Source: a virus
Lineage: Duplodnaviria > Caudoviricetes
IMG/VR virus record: IMGVR_UViG_3300007961_000135
Location: 11,287 to 75,286 of that record
Strand: one strand, 5' to 3'
Length of the DNA stretch: 64,000 bases
The translations under genes were made by a program, and so were the position numbers. Of this stretch, positions 51,060-61,721 are shown in pieces; positions within the stretch are counted from its first letter, which is position 1; each line of letters begins with the position of its first letter. The notes beneath the pieces are model-generated. The model had not been told where the DNA came from, did not search any database, and worked only from the letters and a program-made list of their open reading frames with translations.

Positions 51060-52164
51060 AAAATATACTTACGAGTACCTTCTGGACAAATACCTGGCTT
51101 TGGCGCCAAGCGGAATAGACACCCGTGAGGGCAGCATATTCTTCGACTCCGTTTCTGGATGTGCGCTTCGCATGGCAAAGCTCTACACCGATCTCGATCT
51201 TGTGTTCTTCCTCTCCCAGCTCGCCACCACCGTCGGCGAACACCTGGACATCAAGGCGGGTGAGTATGGCCTTTTCCGTCATGCCGCAACACCTGTTCAG
51301 TATTATTTCTCGTACACCGGAAACATGCCCGACACGGGCGAACGATTCTTCTATGACGGCGTTTACTTCGTACTGAAGGAGGACAGCAACAACAATCTTT
51401 ACCTCGAATGCGAGGAAGCGGGCGCCAGTCACAATTTCATAGCTTCCGGCACGCCGGTCGTGCCGGTAAACAACATCGACGGTCTGACGTCCGCCTCTAT
51501 TGGTGCCGTTTATGAATACGGCACCGACGAGGAAACAGACGAGGCTTTAAGGTCGAGAGTGCAGGCTAAGCTCTCCGGCCCCGCTGAGAACGGGAACAAG
51601 CAACACTACAAGGTCTGGTGCGAGGAAGTGGACGGAGTGGGTATCGCAAGGATACTGTCGCTGTGGAACGGTCCGAACACCGTCAAGGGTGTCCTTATAA
51701 ACTCCGAGGGACTCCCCTGCGGCAACACTATCGTCGCGGCCGTCCAGGAGCATGTTGACCCGGCCAAGCTTGGCTACACGACCACCGTGGACGGCGTGAC
51801 CTACGTTGTGGGCGACGGCCTCGGTGAAGGGCGGGCAAATGTAGGCGCTCACTTTACAGCTGTGGCAGCGAAGAGCGTCACGATCAACGTCGCGGCCTCC
51901 GTGGAGCTTGCCTCCGGATATGACGTTCAGACAGCCACGGATGACGCCGAGGCCGCATTGCAAAAGTATTTTAAGGAACTGGTACTCCAGACGGACAGCG
52001 CGAACGATCTCATAGTACGGCTCTCTGCCGTTGGCGTCATTCTCGCGGGCCTGGCGGATATTCTGGACTACTCCAGCCTCACCATTAACGGAGGAACGGC
52101 GAATATCACGCCCGGGGTGGACGGAGTGCCGGTGCTGGGTGAGGTGACGCTTAATGCTGTTTAA
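51052..52164 (+). CDS. Baseplate J protein (XkdT-like)
   Basis: IDTREGSIFFD, ETDEALRSR, GNKQHYKVW. Confidence 0.9.
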   Translation: MFEKYTYEYLLDKYLALAPSGIDTREGSIFFDSVSGCALRMAKLYTDLDLVFFLSQLATTVGEHLDIKAGEYGLFRHAATPVQYYFSYTGNMPDTGERFFYDGVYFVLKEDSNNNLYLECEEAGASHNFIASGTPVVPVNNIDGLTSASIGAVYEYGTDEETDEALRSRVQAKLSGPAENGNKQHYKVWCEEVDGVGIARILSLWNGPNTVKGVLINSEGLPCGNTIVAAVQEHVDPAKLGYTTTVDGVTYVVGDGLGEGRANVGAHFTAVAAKSVTINVAASVELASGYDVQTATDDAEAALQKYFKELVLQTDSANDLIVRLSAVGVILAGLADILDYSSLTINGGTANITPGVDGVPVLGEVTLNAV

Positions 52165-52879
52165 CTACCCCTATGCAAGCAACTTCGACGAGCTGATAAC
52201 CTATTATCCGAAATACTACTATGACGTAGTGGAAATGATAGCGCTCCTCAAGGCCCAGGGTGCAGCTCTGGACGAATTCATGGAAAACGCCGAGAAGGTT
52301 TTCAACAACTGCTTCATCGACACCATGGACGAGGAGGCTGTCGGCACGCTCGAAGACTTCCTTGATATCCACCTCTACAAACAAAGGACACTTGAGGAGC
52401 GGAAAAGGCTCCTCAAAACTTTCTTTGTAGGCCATGGACGGCTGTCTGCCGAAATGATCAAGCAGACCGTTTCGGCCTATACCGGCAGTGACGTTGAAGT
52501 GTATCTTCTGCCGATAAACCGAACACCGGGAGCGACAGAGTATGAGCCGGGCGACAACCGGCTCCACATCAACTATCTGCGCGGCGAGGAAGAGATCTTA
52601 TACCTCAACGACGTCGATACGCTGCTTTCCAGGCTCATTCCCGCACATCTGGATTACAGGAGCGCACTCACCTACCGCTACGGCGTGACAACATCGCCGA
52701 AAAGAAAGAAATACATAAAGGACTTCGAGCCCGCGGGCACGATTCCGGAAACCTCAACCCTCGGCCTTTCCGCCGGGGGTGATGTTGTAGTTGACGCAGA
52801 CAGCGGCCTCGCGAACAGGACGACCGTATGCGTGACTTATAAATTCTGCGGCACGGACGTATGCCGCGACACTATCTGA
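52154..52879 (+). CDS. Baseplate protein (XkdU/YmfQ, DUF2313-like)
   Basis: LITYYPKYY, FIDTMDEE, LIPAHL. Confidence 0.75.
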   Translation: MLFNYPYASNFDELITYYPKYYYDVVEMIALLKAQGAALDEFMENAEKVFNNCFIDTMDEEAVGTLEDFLDIHLYKQRTLEERKRLLKTFFVGHGRLSAEMIKQTVSAYTGSDVEVYLLPINRTPGATEYEPGDNRLHINYLRGEEEILYLNDVDTLLSRLIPAHLDYRSALTYRYGVTTSPKRKKYIKDFEPAGTIPETSTLGLSAGGDVVVDADSGLANRTTVCVTYKFCGTDVCRDTI

Positions 52880-52895
52880 CAAGGAGGAAAACGCG

Positions 52896-53994
52896 ATGTT
52901 GACTGACGCCTTTCTCAACCGCACCCGGACGAGGTGGATGCGTTGGCTTACCGACTTCCGGTATTGCCTGAACGGGACCTGGTACACGGCGGAAATCACC
53001 GACAAGGAGATCGACGGTGACAAACTGCGTATTACCACCATGACCACGGACGAGGTTGCGGGTACGGTGACGGCCGTGCGTATCTACGACAACAACGGAA
53101 CGCTTGCTCTGTCGGCCACGGAGAACATCACCAAGAAGGCCACCCAGGGCATTCTCACCGTGTGGGAATTTCCGCTGTACGAAGTTTAGGGAGGAGGTGA
53201 ACCAGAGCCATGTATAACCAGACCTATTGGAAAGACCATGTCGTTGACGGTGAGGGCCATGTAATACAGCAGGGCACGAACATGGACGCGCAGAACTTCA
53301 ACAACATGGAAGACGGCATTCAGGACGCCCATGTGGCGGAACAAATCCTTCTGCAGCACAAGCTTCAGAAGGAGCGTGAGCTTGACGCAGGACTGGCCGA
53401 GATCGAGAACGAGATTGCGGCCGAGTACGGCACCAAGACCCTCACAAATACCGATTCATATCCTTTCAACAACTCTGCCGCGACCGTTGCGCTGGCAAAG
53501 ACGCGCGACACCATCAACTACACCGTGGAGGCTATCATCACCGCATACAGCGGCGGCCTGCCGGGGGCTATCCACGTCACCGACAAGGCCATAAACGGCT
53601 TCAAGCTGTCCTTTGACGGCAGCGCCAAATCTGTGACCGTAAGATACATCGTAAAAGGAGGTTTCATGTCATGATCGTAATCGAGAAAAACGAGGGTACT
53701 AAGATCCCCTATGAAGTGGACGGTACCAAAATCACCTTCGACGATGAGCTGACGCTTAAACTGCAGAAGCTCCAGAAGGACGAGCCGGTACATAAGGACA
53801 TCTGCTACGACAGCGACCTTGACCTGTGCATCGGCACCAAGGAGGGCAAATACTACGTCGCCGAGATCGACATACCGGCGATCGAGTATGAGGAAGTCGA
53901 GGAGGGCGGCGAGACCCACCGCGAGCCTCTGCCCCTCAATATGGACGACGTCACGCTCACCCTGTGGAGCATTGACGACAAGACCAAGATTTAA
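52896..53994 (+). other. Three tail-tip/fibre-region genes (52896-53189, 53210-53674, 53671-53994)
   Basis: RBS-supported ORFs between the baseplate and the DGR target. Confidence 0.65.
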
Positions 53995-54005
53995 GGAGGA
54001 TTATC

Positions 54006-55100
54006 ATGGGAAACTTCGATCTTTCCGCTCTGGCACTCAAGGCCGTATGCCCCGGCAACGACCTTCTCTATGACGACAAGGGCCTGCCCTCCGTCATGGT
54101 CTATGTTCCCAAGTTCAAGATTTCTGACGTCATCACCGGCGGCAGCAACAGCGTACACCCGGCTTTCATCATCAACGGCACCGAGGTTGACGGTATCTGG
54201 ATTTCCAAGTACCAGAACATCGTCAAGGGCGGCAGAGCCTACAGCCTGCCGTGCGAAGACCCGGGCACAAACATAACGTTTGACAGCGCCCGCCAGGCTT
54301 GCGAGGCCAAAGGCGAAGGCTGGCACCTGATGACGCTGGCTGAGTTTAAAGCGATTGCTCTCTGGTGCAAAAAGCACGGTATCGCGCCGAAGGGCAACAA
54401 CAACTACGGCAAGGATTCCGAAGACAGCACCTACGACGGTATCCCGACGACCTACGGCACCGGTGCCGACGCCGGTAAAATCTTCCATATCGCTACCGGC
54501 TCCGGCCCCATAAGCTACTCCCACGACGGCACCCTTTCCGGTATATGGGATCTGAACGGCAACGTGACCGAATGGCAGGGCGGCGCCCGTCTTGTTCACG
54601 GAGAGCTGCAGATCCTCGCCAACAACAACGCTGCCGACGCCGACAACTCCCAGGCCGCGAACTCCGCGCAGTGGAAAGCTATCGACGGCACGGACGGTTC
54701 CCTTATCACACCGAATGGCTTCGGCACCACCACAAACAGCCTCAAGCTGGACTATGTGAGCAGCGCATGGAAGTGGATAACCGGCACTATAAGCAGCAGC
54801 GCCGACAGCTCCAGAAACTGCGCATTCGCCAGCGTCACCGCAGACAACACTGTCTGCGCGGCGGCACAGGAGCTCCTTTACACCCTCGGCCTGCTGCCCG
54901 ACAGCTCCACCGCCACCGATTACCACGGTGACGCCCTCTACGCCAACAACGCGGCAGAGGAGCGCCTTTTCAGCGCCGGTGGCCACTACAGCAACGGTGC
55001 CAGCGCGGGCGTGTTCTACCTCGGCGGCAGCAACACTCGCTCGTACTCCGACGGCCACGTTGGTTTCCGCGCCGCTTTTGTAAATCTGCCCTCTGCTTAA
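54006..55100 (+). CDS. DGR target protein, CLec (FGE-sulfatase-like) fold, probable receptor-binding protein
   Basis: WISKYQN, FDSARQAC, WHLMTLAE, DLNGNVTEW, terminal GFRAA; 3' end matches the TR. Confidence 0.9.
   Translation: MGNFDLSALALKAVCPGNDLLYDDKGLPSVMVYVPKFKISDVITGGSNSVHPAFIINGTEVDGIWISKYQNIVKGGRAYSLPCEDPGTNITFDSARQACEAKGEGWHLMTLAEFKAIALWCKKHGIAPKGNNNYGKDSEDSTYDGIPTTYGTGADAGKIFHIATGSGPISYSHDGTLSGIWDLNGNVTEWQGGARLVHGELQILANNNAADADNSQAANSAQWKAIDGTDGSLITPNGFGTTTNSLKLDYVSSAWKWITGTISSSADSSRNCAFASVTADNTVCAAAQELLYTLGLLPDSSTATDYHGDALYANNAAEERLFSAGGHYSNGASAGVFYLGGSNTRSYSDGHVGFRAAFVNLPSA
54962..55078 (+). repeat. DGR variable region (VR)
   Basis: 117 bp; 106/117 identical to 55638-55754; all 11 mismatches lie opposite TR adenines. 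Confidence 0.97.
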
Positions 55101-55108
55101 TGTGTACT

Positions 55109-55157
55109 GTTGCCCCGCGATAGCGGGGCAACGTCTCCTTACCGCGCGCAGCGCGGT
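55109..55157. promoter_or_regulatory. DGR target-recognition hairpins downstream of the VR/IMH
   Basis: GTTGCCCCGC-GATA-GCGGGGCAAC (10-bp stem, GRNA loop) and ACCGCGC-GCA-GCGCGGT. Confidence 0.75.
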
Positions 55158-55173
55158 CCGCGCAAAATTTATG

Positions 55174-55195
55174 AAATAACGGATTACGTTATTTT
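55174..55195. promoter_or_regulatory. Palindromic operator-like site upstream of avd
   Basis: AAATAACG-GATTA-CGTTATTT; 20/21 match to 62608-62628 on the reverse strand. Confidence 0.6.
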
Positions 55196-55268
55196 ATAAC
55201 GAAATACACTGTCCCGCCCCCTGCCTGGAGTATAATCAAAACACTTTCCGAGGGAGCGGGGCAGCAAA

Positions 55269-55619
55269 ATGGCAGAGGATTTGAAACTCCAACAGAAGAT
55301 CTACGACATGATGTTGTACGCCTGGCCAGTGCTGGCTCAATTCCCGAAATCCGAGAAGTTCACCCTCGCCGCCGACATCAAGAGGAATATGGACGTCCTC
55401 ATGGAGCGGTGTATCGAGGCGAAAAAGAAGTATTACAAGAAAACCACCCTGCACGACATGGACGTGACCAACGAGAAGATACAGGTTTATGTCCGTCTCG
55501 CCTTCGACCTCAAATACATAAACAGCCACAAGTATAGCGTATGGTCAGGGAAGCTGGTGGAAATCGGAAAGATGTTAGGTGGATGGATCAAGGCCGTCAG
55601 CGGTCCGAAAGCCACTTAA
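55269..55619 (+). CDS. avd: DGR accessory variability determinant (four-helix bundle)
   Basis: LAQFPKSEKFTLAADIK...EIGKMLGGWIK; located between target and TR. Confidence 0.92.
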   Translation: MAEDLKLQQKIYDMMLYAWPVLAQFPKSEKFTLAADIKRNMDVLMERCIEAKKKYYKKTTLHDMDVTNEKIQVYVRLAFDLKYINSHKYSVWSGKLVEIGKMLGGWIKAVSGPKAT

Positions 55620-55637
55620 TATAGGGAACTGACCGCC

Positions 55638-55754
55638 GCGCCTTTTCAACGCCGGTGGCAACTACAACAACGGTGCCAACGCGGGCGTGTTCTACCTCAA
55701 CGGCAACAACACTCGCTCGAACTCCAACGGCAACATTGGTTTCCGCGCCGCTTT
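55638..55754 (+). ncRNA. DGR template repeat (TR)
   Basis: Intergenic between avd and RT; 11 AAC codons in the VR frame; followed by a hairpin-rich spacer (CAGAGCC-TACG-GGCTCTG). Confidence 0.95.
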
Positions 55755-55933
55755 ACCGTCAAGCCAGATACCCAGAGCCTACGGGCTCTGCCTCAGTGCA
55801 GCGGTGATAAAGGGGTCTGTTCCCTCAGTCATGTTTATGGCAGAAAAATGATATGCCGCATATACCGGCGTTCCGGCTGCTTCCCCAGCGCGGCACGGCG
55901 CCTGTAAGGTGCGGCCTTCGGGGGTACGACGAA

Positions 55934-57010
55934 ATGGAAAAGCACTCTCATGTGTTTGAGCAATTCGCAACCTTTGACAACATGTATGACGGCTACCTCC
56001 TTGCGCGCCGCCAGAAACGGTACAAGGCGGCAGTGCTGGACTATTCAGTCCGCCTCGAAGAAAACATCATCGACAGCGTAAACCGGCTCCAGTGGAAGGA
56101 GTACAGGCCAGGGAGGCTCTTTCCGTTCTACGAATACTTCCCCAAGCTGCGCCTTATCCATTCGCTCCCTTTCCCCGACCGCGTAATAAACTGCGCGGCC
56201 TATAAGGTGCTTTGGCCGATTTACAGCCAGAGCTTTTACGAGCACAGCTACGGGAGCATACCGGGCAAGGGCACGCTGTCCGCCGTCCAGCAGCTCCAGC
56301 GCTGGATGAAGCGGGTGAAGCGCAAGGGCTGGTATGCCGGCAAGCTGGACATCGCCAAATTCTTCTTCAGGATACCGGTTGATGTGCAGCTCCGGGAGCT
56401 GGGACGCCCTTTGGACGATGCGGATATGATGTGGTTCCTGGAAACGGCCATAAGGTGCGACGGGCGGCCCTTTGGACTCCCGCTCCATTGCACCGACGTC
56501 ACCACGGCCGAGCGCATAGCCGGCATCGGAATGCAGGTGGGATCTCTCATATCTCAAATGACGGCAAATGTCGTGCTCACTCCCCTCGATCATTACATCA
56601 AGAGGGAACTGCGGGTACCATACTATATTCGGTATATGGATGACATGATTATCCTCTGCCCGTCCAGAGAGCAGACATGGGATGTAATAACGGCCGTCGA
56701 TGATTATCTGCGTGAGGAGCTCGGCTTACAGCTCAACAACAAAACGGCTGTTATGACTGTCGGTGAGCGGGTGGAGTTTGTCGGGCGCAAAGTCACGCCG
56801 GACAGGATCGAGCTGCGGAAAAGCACGTCTCTCCAGATGAAGCGCCACCTCTCCTGGGTGATGGAGCACTATTCCACTGGGGAGCTGCCGCTTGAATACT
56901 GTCAGCAGGTCATGGACTCGTATTTAGGGCTGATGAAGCATGCTGACTGTGACGAGCTGCGGAGCAAGGTCTTGGACGATTTCGTTCTCGTCCGGCACAG
57001 CAGAAGTTAG
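55934..57010 (+). CDS. DGR reverse transcriptase
   Basis: FPDRVIN, SYGSIPGKG, KLDIAKFF, GMQVGSLISQ, YIRYMDD, VEFVG; no intron maturase or endonuclease domains; start reassigned to ATG 55934. Confidence 0.95.
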   Translation: MEKHSHVFEQFATFDNMYDGYLLARRQKRYKAAVLDYSVRLEENIIDSVNRLQWKEYRPGRLFPFYEYFPKLRLIHSLPFPDRVINCAAYKVLWPIYSQSFYEHSYGSIPGKGTLSAVQQLQRWMKRVKRKGWYAGKLDIAKFFFRIPVDVQLRELGRPLDDADMMWFLETAIRCDGRPFGLPLHCTDVTTAERIAGIGMQVGSLISQMTANVVLTPLDHYIKRELRVPYYIRYMDDMIILCPSREQTWDVITAVDDYLREELGLQLNNKTAVMTVGERVEFVGRKVTPDRIELRKSTSLQMKRHLSWVMEHYSTGELPLEYCQQVMDSYLGLMKHADCDELRSKVLDDFVLVRHSRS

Positions 57011-57058
57011 TATGTAGGTTTACATACCGAAAATGATGTAATGATATCATTCCCGTGG

Positions 57059-57088
57059 GGAGCTGCGAAAGCGGCTCCTTAATTTTTT
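57059..57088 (+). terminator. Intrinsic terminator after the RT
   Basis: GGAGCTGC-GAAA-GCGGCTCC followed by a T-rich tract. Confidence 0.7.
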
Positions 57089-57106
57089 ATGTGAAAGGAA
57101 ACTGTT

Positions 57107-57592
57107 ATGAATGAAAAGTTGATTGCCGCGAAAATTGGCATAAGCGTAATCGCAGCGGCTTTGACAGATTTTTTGGGCTGGAAGGGAGTGCTGATGTTAG
57201 TCCTTGCCTTTCTTATGGCTATTGACTACATTTCCGGGACACTTGCCGCCAAAAAGAACGGCACGTGGTCGAGCACCATTGCGCGGCAGGGGTTATTTCA
57301 TAAGGGAGGCACTATTATCATGGTGCTTGTGGCGCTCTTTATGGACGTTATTTTCACAGTAGCGTTTCCGCATATCCCGGTTATAGGCGGTGGCATTGAA
57401 AACCCCGGAATATTCCTGCCGCTCGTTTCCGTGTGGTATATCATTACGGAAATGGGCTCAATTATGGAAAACTCCGCCAAAATGGGCGCGAAGGTACCAA
57501 AGTGGTTCCAAAAGGCCGTTGAAAAAGTCGGTGAATCCATAGATAGAACCGGCGAAGCACAGACGAAGGAGGAAGAGCATGACGACACCTGA
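57107..57592 (+). CDS. Holin (Phage_holin_4_1 type)
   Basis: TM segments, IDYISG, SSTIARQGLFHK, EMGSIMEN. Confidence 0.9.
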   Translation: MNEKLIAAKIGISVIAAALTDFLGWKGVLMLVLAFLMAIDYISGTLAAKKNGTWSSTIARQGLFHKGGTIIMVLVALFMDVIFTVAFPHIPVIGGGIENPGIFLPLVSVWYIITEMGSIMENSAKMGAKVPKWFQKAVEKVGESIDRTGEAQTKEEEHDDT

Positions 57593-58352
57593 TAAACTCA
57601 TAAATGTCGCCTTGGGCGAGGTGGGGTATTTGGAAAAAGCCTCAAACGCCCAGCTGGAGGGAAAGACCTCCAACGTAGGCAAAGCAAACTACACGAAATA
57701 CGGCGCATGGTACGGCATAAACCCCGGTGCCTGGTGTGCTATGTTCGTTTCCTGGTGCGCAATGAAAGCGGGAGCCAGCGATATAATCCCGAAATTCGCT
57801 TCATGCTCTCTTGGCATTGCCGCTTTTAAGAAGCTCGGAAGGTGGCACACCAGGAGCGGATACGAGCCGAAGAGGGGAGACATTATCTTCTTTGGCGATA
57901 AAAACGGAGCGCCCCAGCACACGGGCATTGTCTATAAGGTGTCCGCTGCAAGGGTCTATACCATTGAGGGCAACAGCGCCAACGGTGATAAGGTTATTCC
58001 AAACGGCGGCGCCGTCGTTTTGAAGGATTACACACGGGACGACCCCAGCATACTCGGATATGTTAACCCCGATTGGCCGGAAGAGAAGACGGAAGTTGAC
58101 AAAACGGACAATAAGTCAACTGAGGAGCCCGAAAAGTCAACTCTCGGCGAAGATAAGTCAACTAAAGAGTTGCGTTTCAACCGCATATCCGAAATGCCGG
58201 AGTGGGCGAGAAATGACATGATGTCTCTCTGCGACAAAGGCATACTCAAAGGAAACGGCGGCGAAAAGGACGGCAATGGCCGACCCGCCGACCTGGATTT
58301 GAGCCTCGATATGATAAGAGTGCTGGTGATGTGTAAGCGCATGCACCAGTAA
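57579..58352 (+). CDS. Endolysin, CHAP domain
   Basis: WCAMFVSWC, HTGIV, IEGNS. Confidence 0.9.
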   Translation: MTTPDKLINVALGEVGYLEKASNAQLEGKTSNVGKANYTKYGAWYGINPGAWCAMFVSWCAMKAGASDIIPKFASCSLGIAAFKKLGRWHTRSGYEPKRGDIIFFGDKNGAPQHTGIVYKVSAARVYTIEGNSANGDKVIPNGGAVVLKDYTRDDPSILGYVNPDWPEEKTEVDKTDNKSTEEPEKSTLGEDKSTKELRFNRISEMPEWARNDMMSLCDKGILKGNGGEKDGNGRPADLDLSLDMIRVLVMCKRMHQ

Positions 58353-58355
58353 ATG

Positions 58356-58410
58356 AAAGCACCCCCTTGACAGGATATTTCTCCTGTTGAGGGGGTGCTT
58401 TTTTGTTTTT
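58356..58410. terminator. Bidirectional terminator between the lysis genes and the right-arm operon
   Basis: AAAGCACCCCC...GGGGGTGCTTTTTT long stem. Confidence 0.8.
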
Positions 58411-58542
58411 ATACACCAGAGTGTAAAACGGGCGGTTTATTCGGCCTCTGAGGGCCGCCTTTGTCCGGTCATGTTTCCGTATTCTCGCTCCCGGAAACGC
58501 CGAGGAGCGCCGCGAGGTGAGACGCAGCGGGCCTTTGCGCTC

Positions 58543-61500
58543 CTATTCGTGCGTAGCCTTGAAATTCTCAATCGCCCACTTGTTCCCCGTGGCCGCGACC
58601 GCCGCTTTTGTGCGCTCATATGGCGTAGCGGGAGGCAATACCTCCTCGCGCTGGTCCTCGATCAGAATGTCGTGGATGACGTACTGCTTGTTACCGTCTG
58701 CAGTCTTGTAGTACATGGGCGTGACGGCCACCAACGGGCCGGGCTTGCCCTCAACATATGCCTGAGCCGCTTCCAGGGTGCTGTACCCCACCTGGGATAT
58801 GTGGCCGGCGGGGTGATTCCCGCCAGCCGGCAGATATTCTATGAACTCGATGATATAGGCTTTCATGCTGTCTCCTTCCTTAAAAGCTGATTGCCATACT
58901 CCATTCGTTCAAAGGGAGCGGATTTCCGACCATGTCCCGGATCGCCTCGTCCATGCCGCATTCATCACAGACATAGACGTGGGCGTGCCGGCTCAGGGCG
59001 TTGCGGACCAGTTTCTCGTTCATGCGGTCATAGCCGCAACGGGGACAAGGAAACTTTTCGCCCCGCTCCTGCAGCGGCATAAGGCCCTCAATAAGGAGCT
59101 TGGCTTCTTCGACTGTTTTCATTTGTTATCCTCCTCTAATCTCTTAAATCCAAAGCTGTCACAGAACCAGGTGGACTTTGTCGGTGGGTCTGTGCTGTTA
59201 TCCCAAAGGTTGACTATGTCGCTGACGCTCATGCTGCGGCCGGTGTAGCCCTCTGGTCTTTTGTCAGTATTGTAGGCGCTGAACAGGTGCTCACAAGCTG
59301 TAATCTCATCTGGTGCCTCCACTACACCGCTGTCGGCGGTGTAATAGCGGTCAAGATCAACGCCCCCGAAAAGTTCAATAGTGCGTTCATAACACTCAAA
59401 GAGGCGATAAACATTTTCGGCCGGCACGTCCCGGATCTGGTCGAAGGTGTAGGTGTATTTCATCGGCTGTTCCTTTCTCCAGGTCTATTGCCCGGCCGGG
59501 AGGGCTTATTATCACAACTCAAAAAGTGCGGCAACTCCGATTTCTGCGCATTTTTTCGTGATATGCTCCATCTCAGCAATCATCACATCCAGCGAGCAGA
59601 TGCAGCCGCCATCGGCAATTTCCTTGAATCTGCTGCGAATGTCGTGCGGCACAATTCTGCACATGTCGTGCGATATGACGATGATCGTGAATTTAACTGT
59701 TTCCATGCTATGTCCTTTCTGCCCTCGTGACCTCCGGGGCGTGTATCTTGTCAATCGTCCAACAACGGGGCGTCGTCGATGATTTTGCGGATGGTCTCTA
59801 TCTCTTGCTCCATATCGGCCCAGAACCGGGCGTTTCCAGGGGCGTTCTTGAAGCTCGGCGTTCCATCCGGTTCCGTTTCATTGGCAAGCCGTTCCCAGGT
59901 CTCGCGCTCACCCTTGCGGAAGTTGGTAGTCATCAACAGGAAGCTCGTCAGCGTGACGGCCTGCTCATGGGTGAGTGTGATCGTCTTTATCATGGTGGCC
60001 TCCTTATTCAATGGCAGATTCAATGTTGCTTATGGCCTCTTCCAGATTGCTTACGGCCTCGTCCATGTTGTCACAGGCTTCCTCGGCCTTCTCGTACCGC
60101 TCTGAGGTCTGGAGGTTTTCGGGCATGGCGTCGCGGTATTCCTCCTCCTCCTCTTTAAGCTCCTCAAGGCTGGATTTCAGCTCCTCCAGCTGGTCGATGA
60201 TCTCCTGCAAGCTCTTTCTGCGGATTCTGTTCATGTAATGTCCTTTCTCCCCGTCGTGCCGGTAGGCCAGCTTCAAAGGATTTAATCCAGCATGCTTGGG
60301 TCAACTGCGGTGGTTTCGGTAAACTCGGCTTTTTTGTCTATCAGCAGCGCGCAGTTATAATCTACATCCACAACCTTATAGGTCTTTCCCTCATAGCTTA
60401 CGGTCTTTCCAATCCACTGTTTTTTCATCCACCGGACGTGTTCCCTGTAGGTCATCACGTTTCCTTTCTGCCCTCGTGACCTCCGGGGCGGGATTTCGTT
60501 TTACTGCGCCAGCCTGAATACATTGTAGAGGAAATCGCCCTCTTCATTGTGAATGCTCTCGACAACCGTGAGTTTTTCAAGAGCCTGGCTCATCGGGCCA
60601 CCATAGATGCCCAGTTCCCAGAGGCCAGCAGCCTGGGCCTTTTTCCAGAAGCAATTAACCTCGATCCCGGCTGACGGCTTTCCTGCGAAAAGGTGATGCT
60701 TGGTTCCAAAAGCGGCCCGGATGAAGTTCTCGCACCATTCAACCTTTACCTGTTTCATTCTGCGCCTCCTTAGTGTAGGTCAAAGACCTGTCCGCGAGCT
60801 TTAATGGTGTATTTGACATACCTCTTGCCGGTTCGGCTCTCGATGTGGTGCTTCGTGACTCTCTCGATCTCTGAGAGGCGGACGCTCTTGCAGCGGGGTT
60901 GACGGCGAATAAAGGGAAGAACAATCTCTTTGGCGGCCTCATTGAGCGGACGCCCTTCAGGCTCCCACCTGTTGCGGTATCTGTCCCACCGCTTATCCTG
61001 CTGGGCGACAGCTTCCTCCTTGGTTCCGTACCACTTGGAGTATCTGCCGTTTCGGTATCCGATCTGGTAAAACTCTTCCCGGTAGAGTTCTTCAAGGCTA
61101 TCGTTCCAAATCGTATCTCCGTATGTGTTGTCGCTGTTTGGAAAAAACCTTCCGGTTGCTTTACCGACCGTCAGTGCTACCAGATCGAAGTCGTAAAAGC
61201 GGGTCTCTTTTCCCTCTCCGGTGTGCTCATGGGCACTCTCGGGGCCCAGCAGAATGCGGATGAGGTCTTTACCGTCGGTCAGGTCAATCTTTGCAATCTC
61301 GCCCTGGTGTCCGCTCATCGTCGCGGTGTTGATTGTGTACCCCTTTCCGATCCACTCGGAAACGACCTCGGTGAACTTGCGGTTTATAGTCTCGAACTTC
61401 ATGGTGTTCCTCCTTATTTGTCTTCCCGGCGGTCAAGCTCGGTCATCATTTCATGGTTTTCGGCGATCAGCTTACGCTTCAGATTGATGTTTGTGGTCTT

Positions 61501-61584
61501 TCCAAGAATTATGCGATTCGCGATGATTTTGTTTGTCAGCTCTTTGCTGGTCATGGCCCTGATTCCGGGGGCTTTCATTTTCAT
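58543..61584 (-). other. Right-arm operon of small unknown genes (58543-58866, 58880-59122, 59119-59463 YodL-like, 59512-59706, 59751-59993, 60004-60234, 60282-60455, 60501-60758, 60770-61402, 61414-61584)
   Basis: Co-directional ORFs with strong RBSs; RPEGYTGRSMSVSDIV is YodL-like; 60282-60455 and 61414-61584 were read manually. Confidence 0.7.
59713..60490 (-). repeat. 29-bp exact direct repeat including the RBS (59713-59741 and 60462-60490)
   Basis: CGCCCCGGAGGTCACGAGGGCAGAAAGGA precedes two gene starts. Confidence 0.85.
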
Positions 61585-61655
61585 TTCCTCCCTGCGATAT
61601 AGATGATGGTGAAAATACTTAAAACTAAGATTGCGATGTCGATTATTATCTCCAT
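61581..61655 (-). CDS. 24-aa hydrophobic peptide MEIIIDIAILVLSIFTIIYIAGRK
   Basis: Read manually; single TM segment with basic tail; ATGA-coupled to the next gene. Confidence 0.5.
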   Translation of the reverse strand: MEIIIDIAILVLSIFTIIYIAGRK

Positions 61656-61721
61656 ATCTCTTGACATTGGCGAGTATTTGTTTTATCCTCTTGGTGGGGG
61701 GAGGTTTCCCTCCCCCCGCCT

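Noticed and set aside
44451-53994. Second VR in other tail genes
   Set aside because: No other TR-like sequence was seen by eye. An exhaustive alignment was not possible, and targets outside the window remain possible.
55853-57010. RT as a group II intron, retron or Abi RT; also the ATG 55853 start
   Set aside because: There is no maturase or HNH tail, and the adjacent avd plus A-specific TR/VR pair define a DGR. The first 27 codons of the track ORF lie in the structured TR spacer; ATG 55934 fits DGR RT N-termini.
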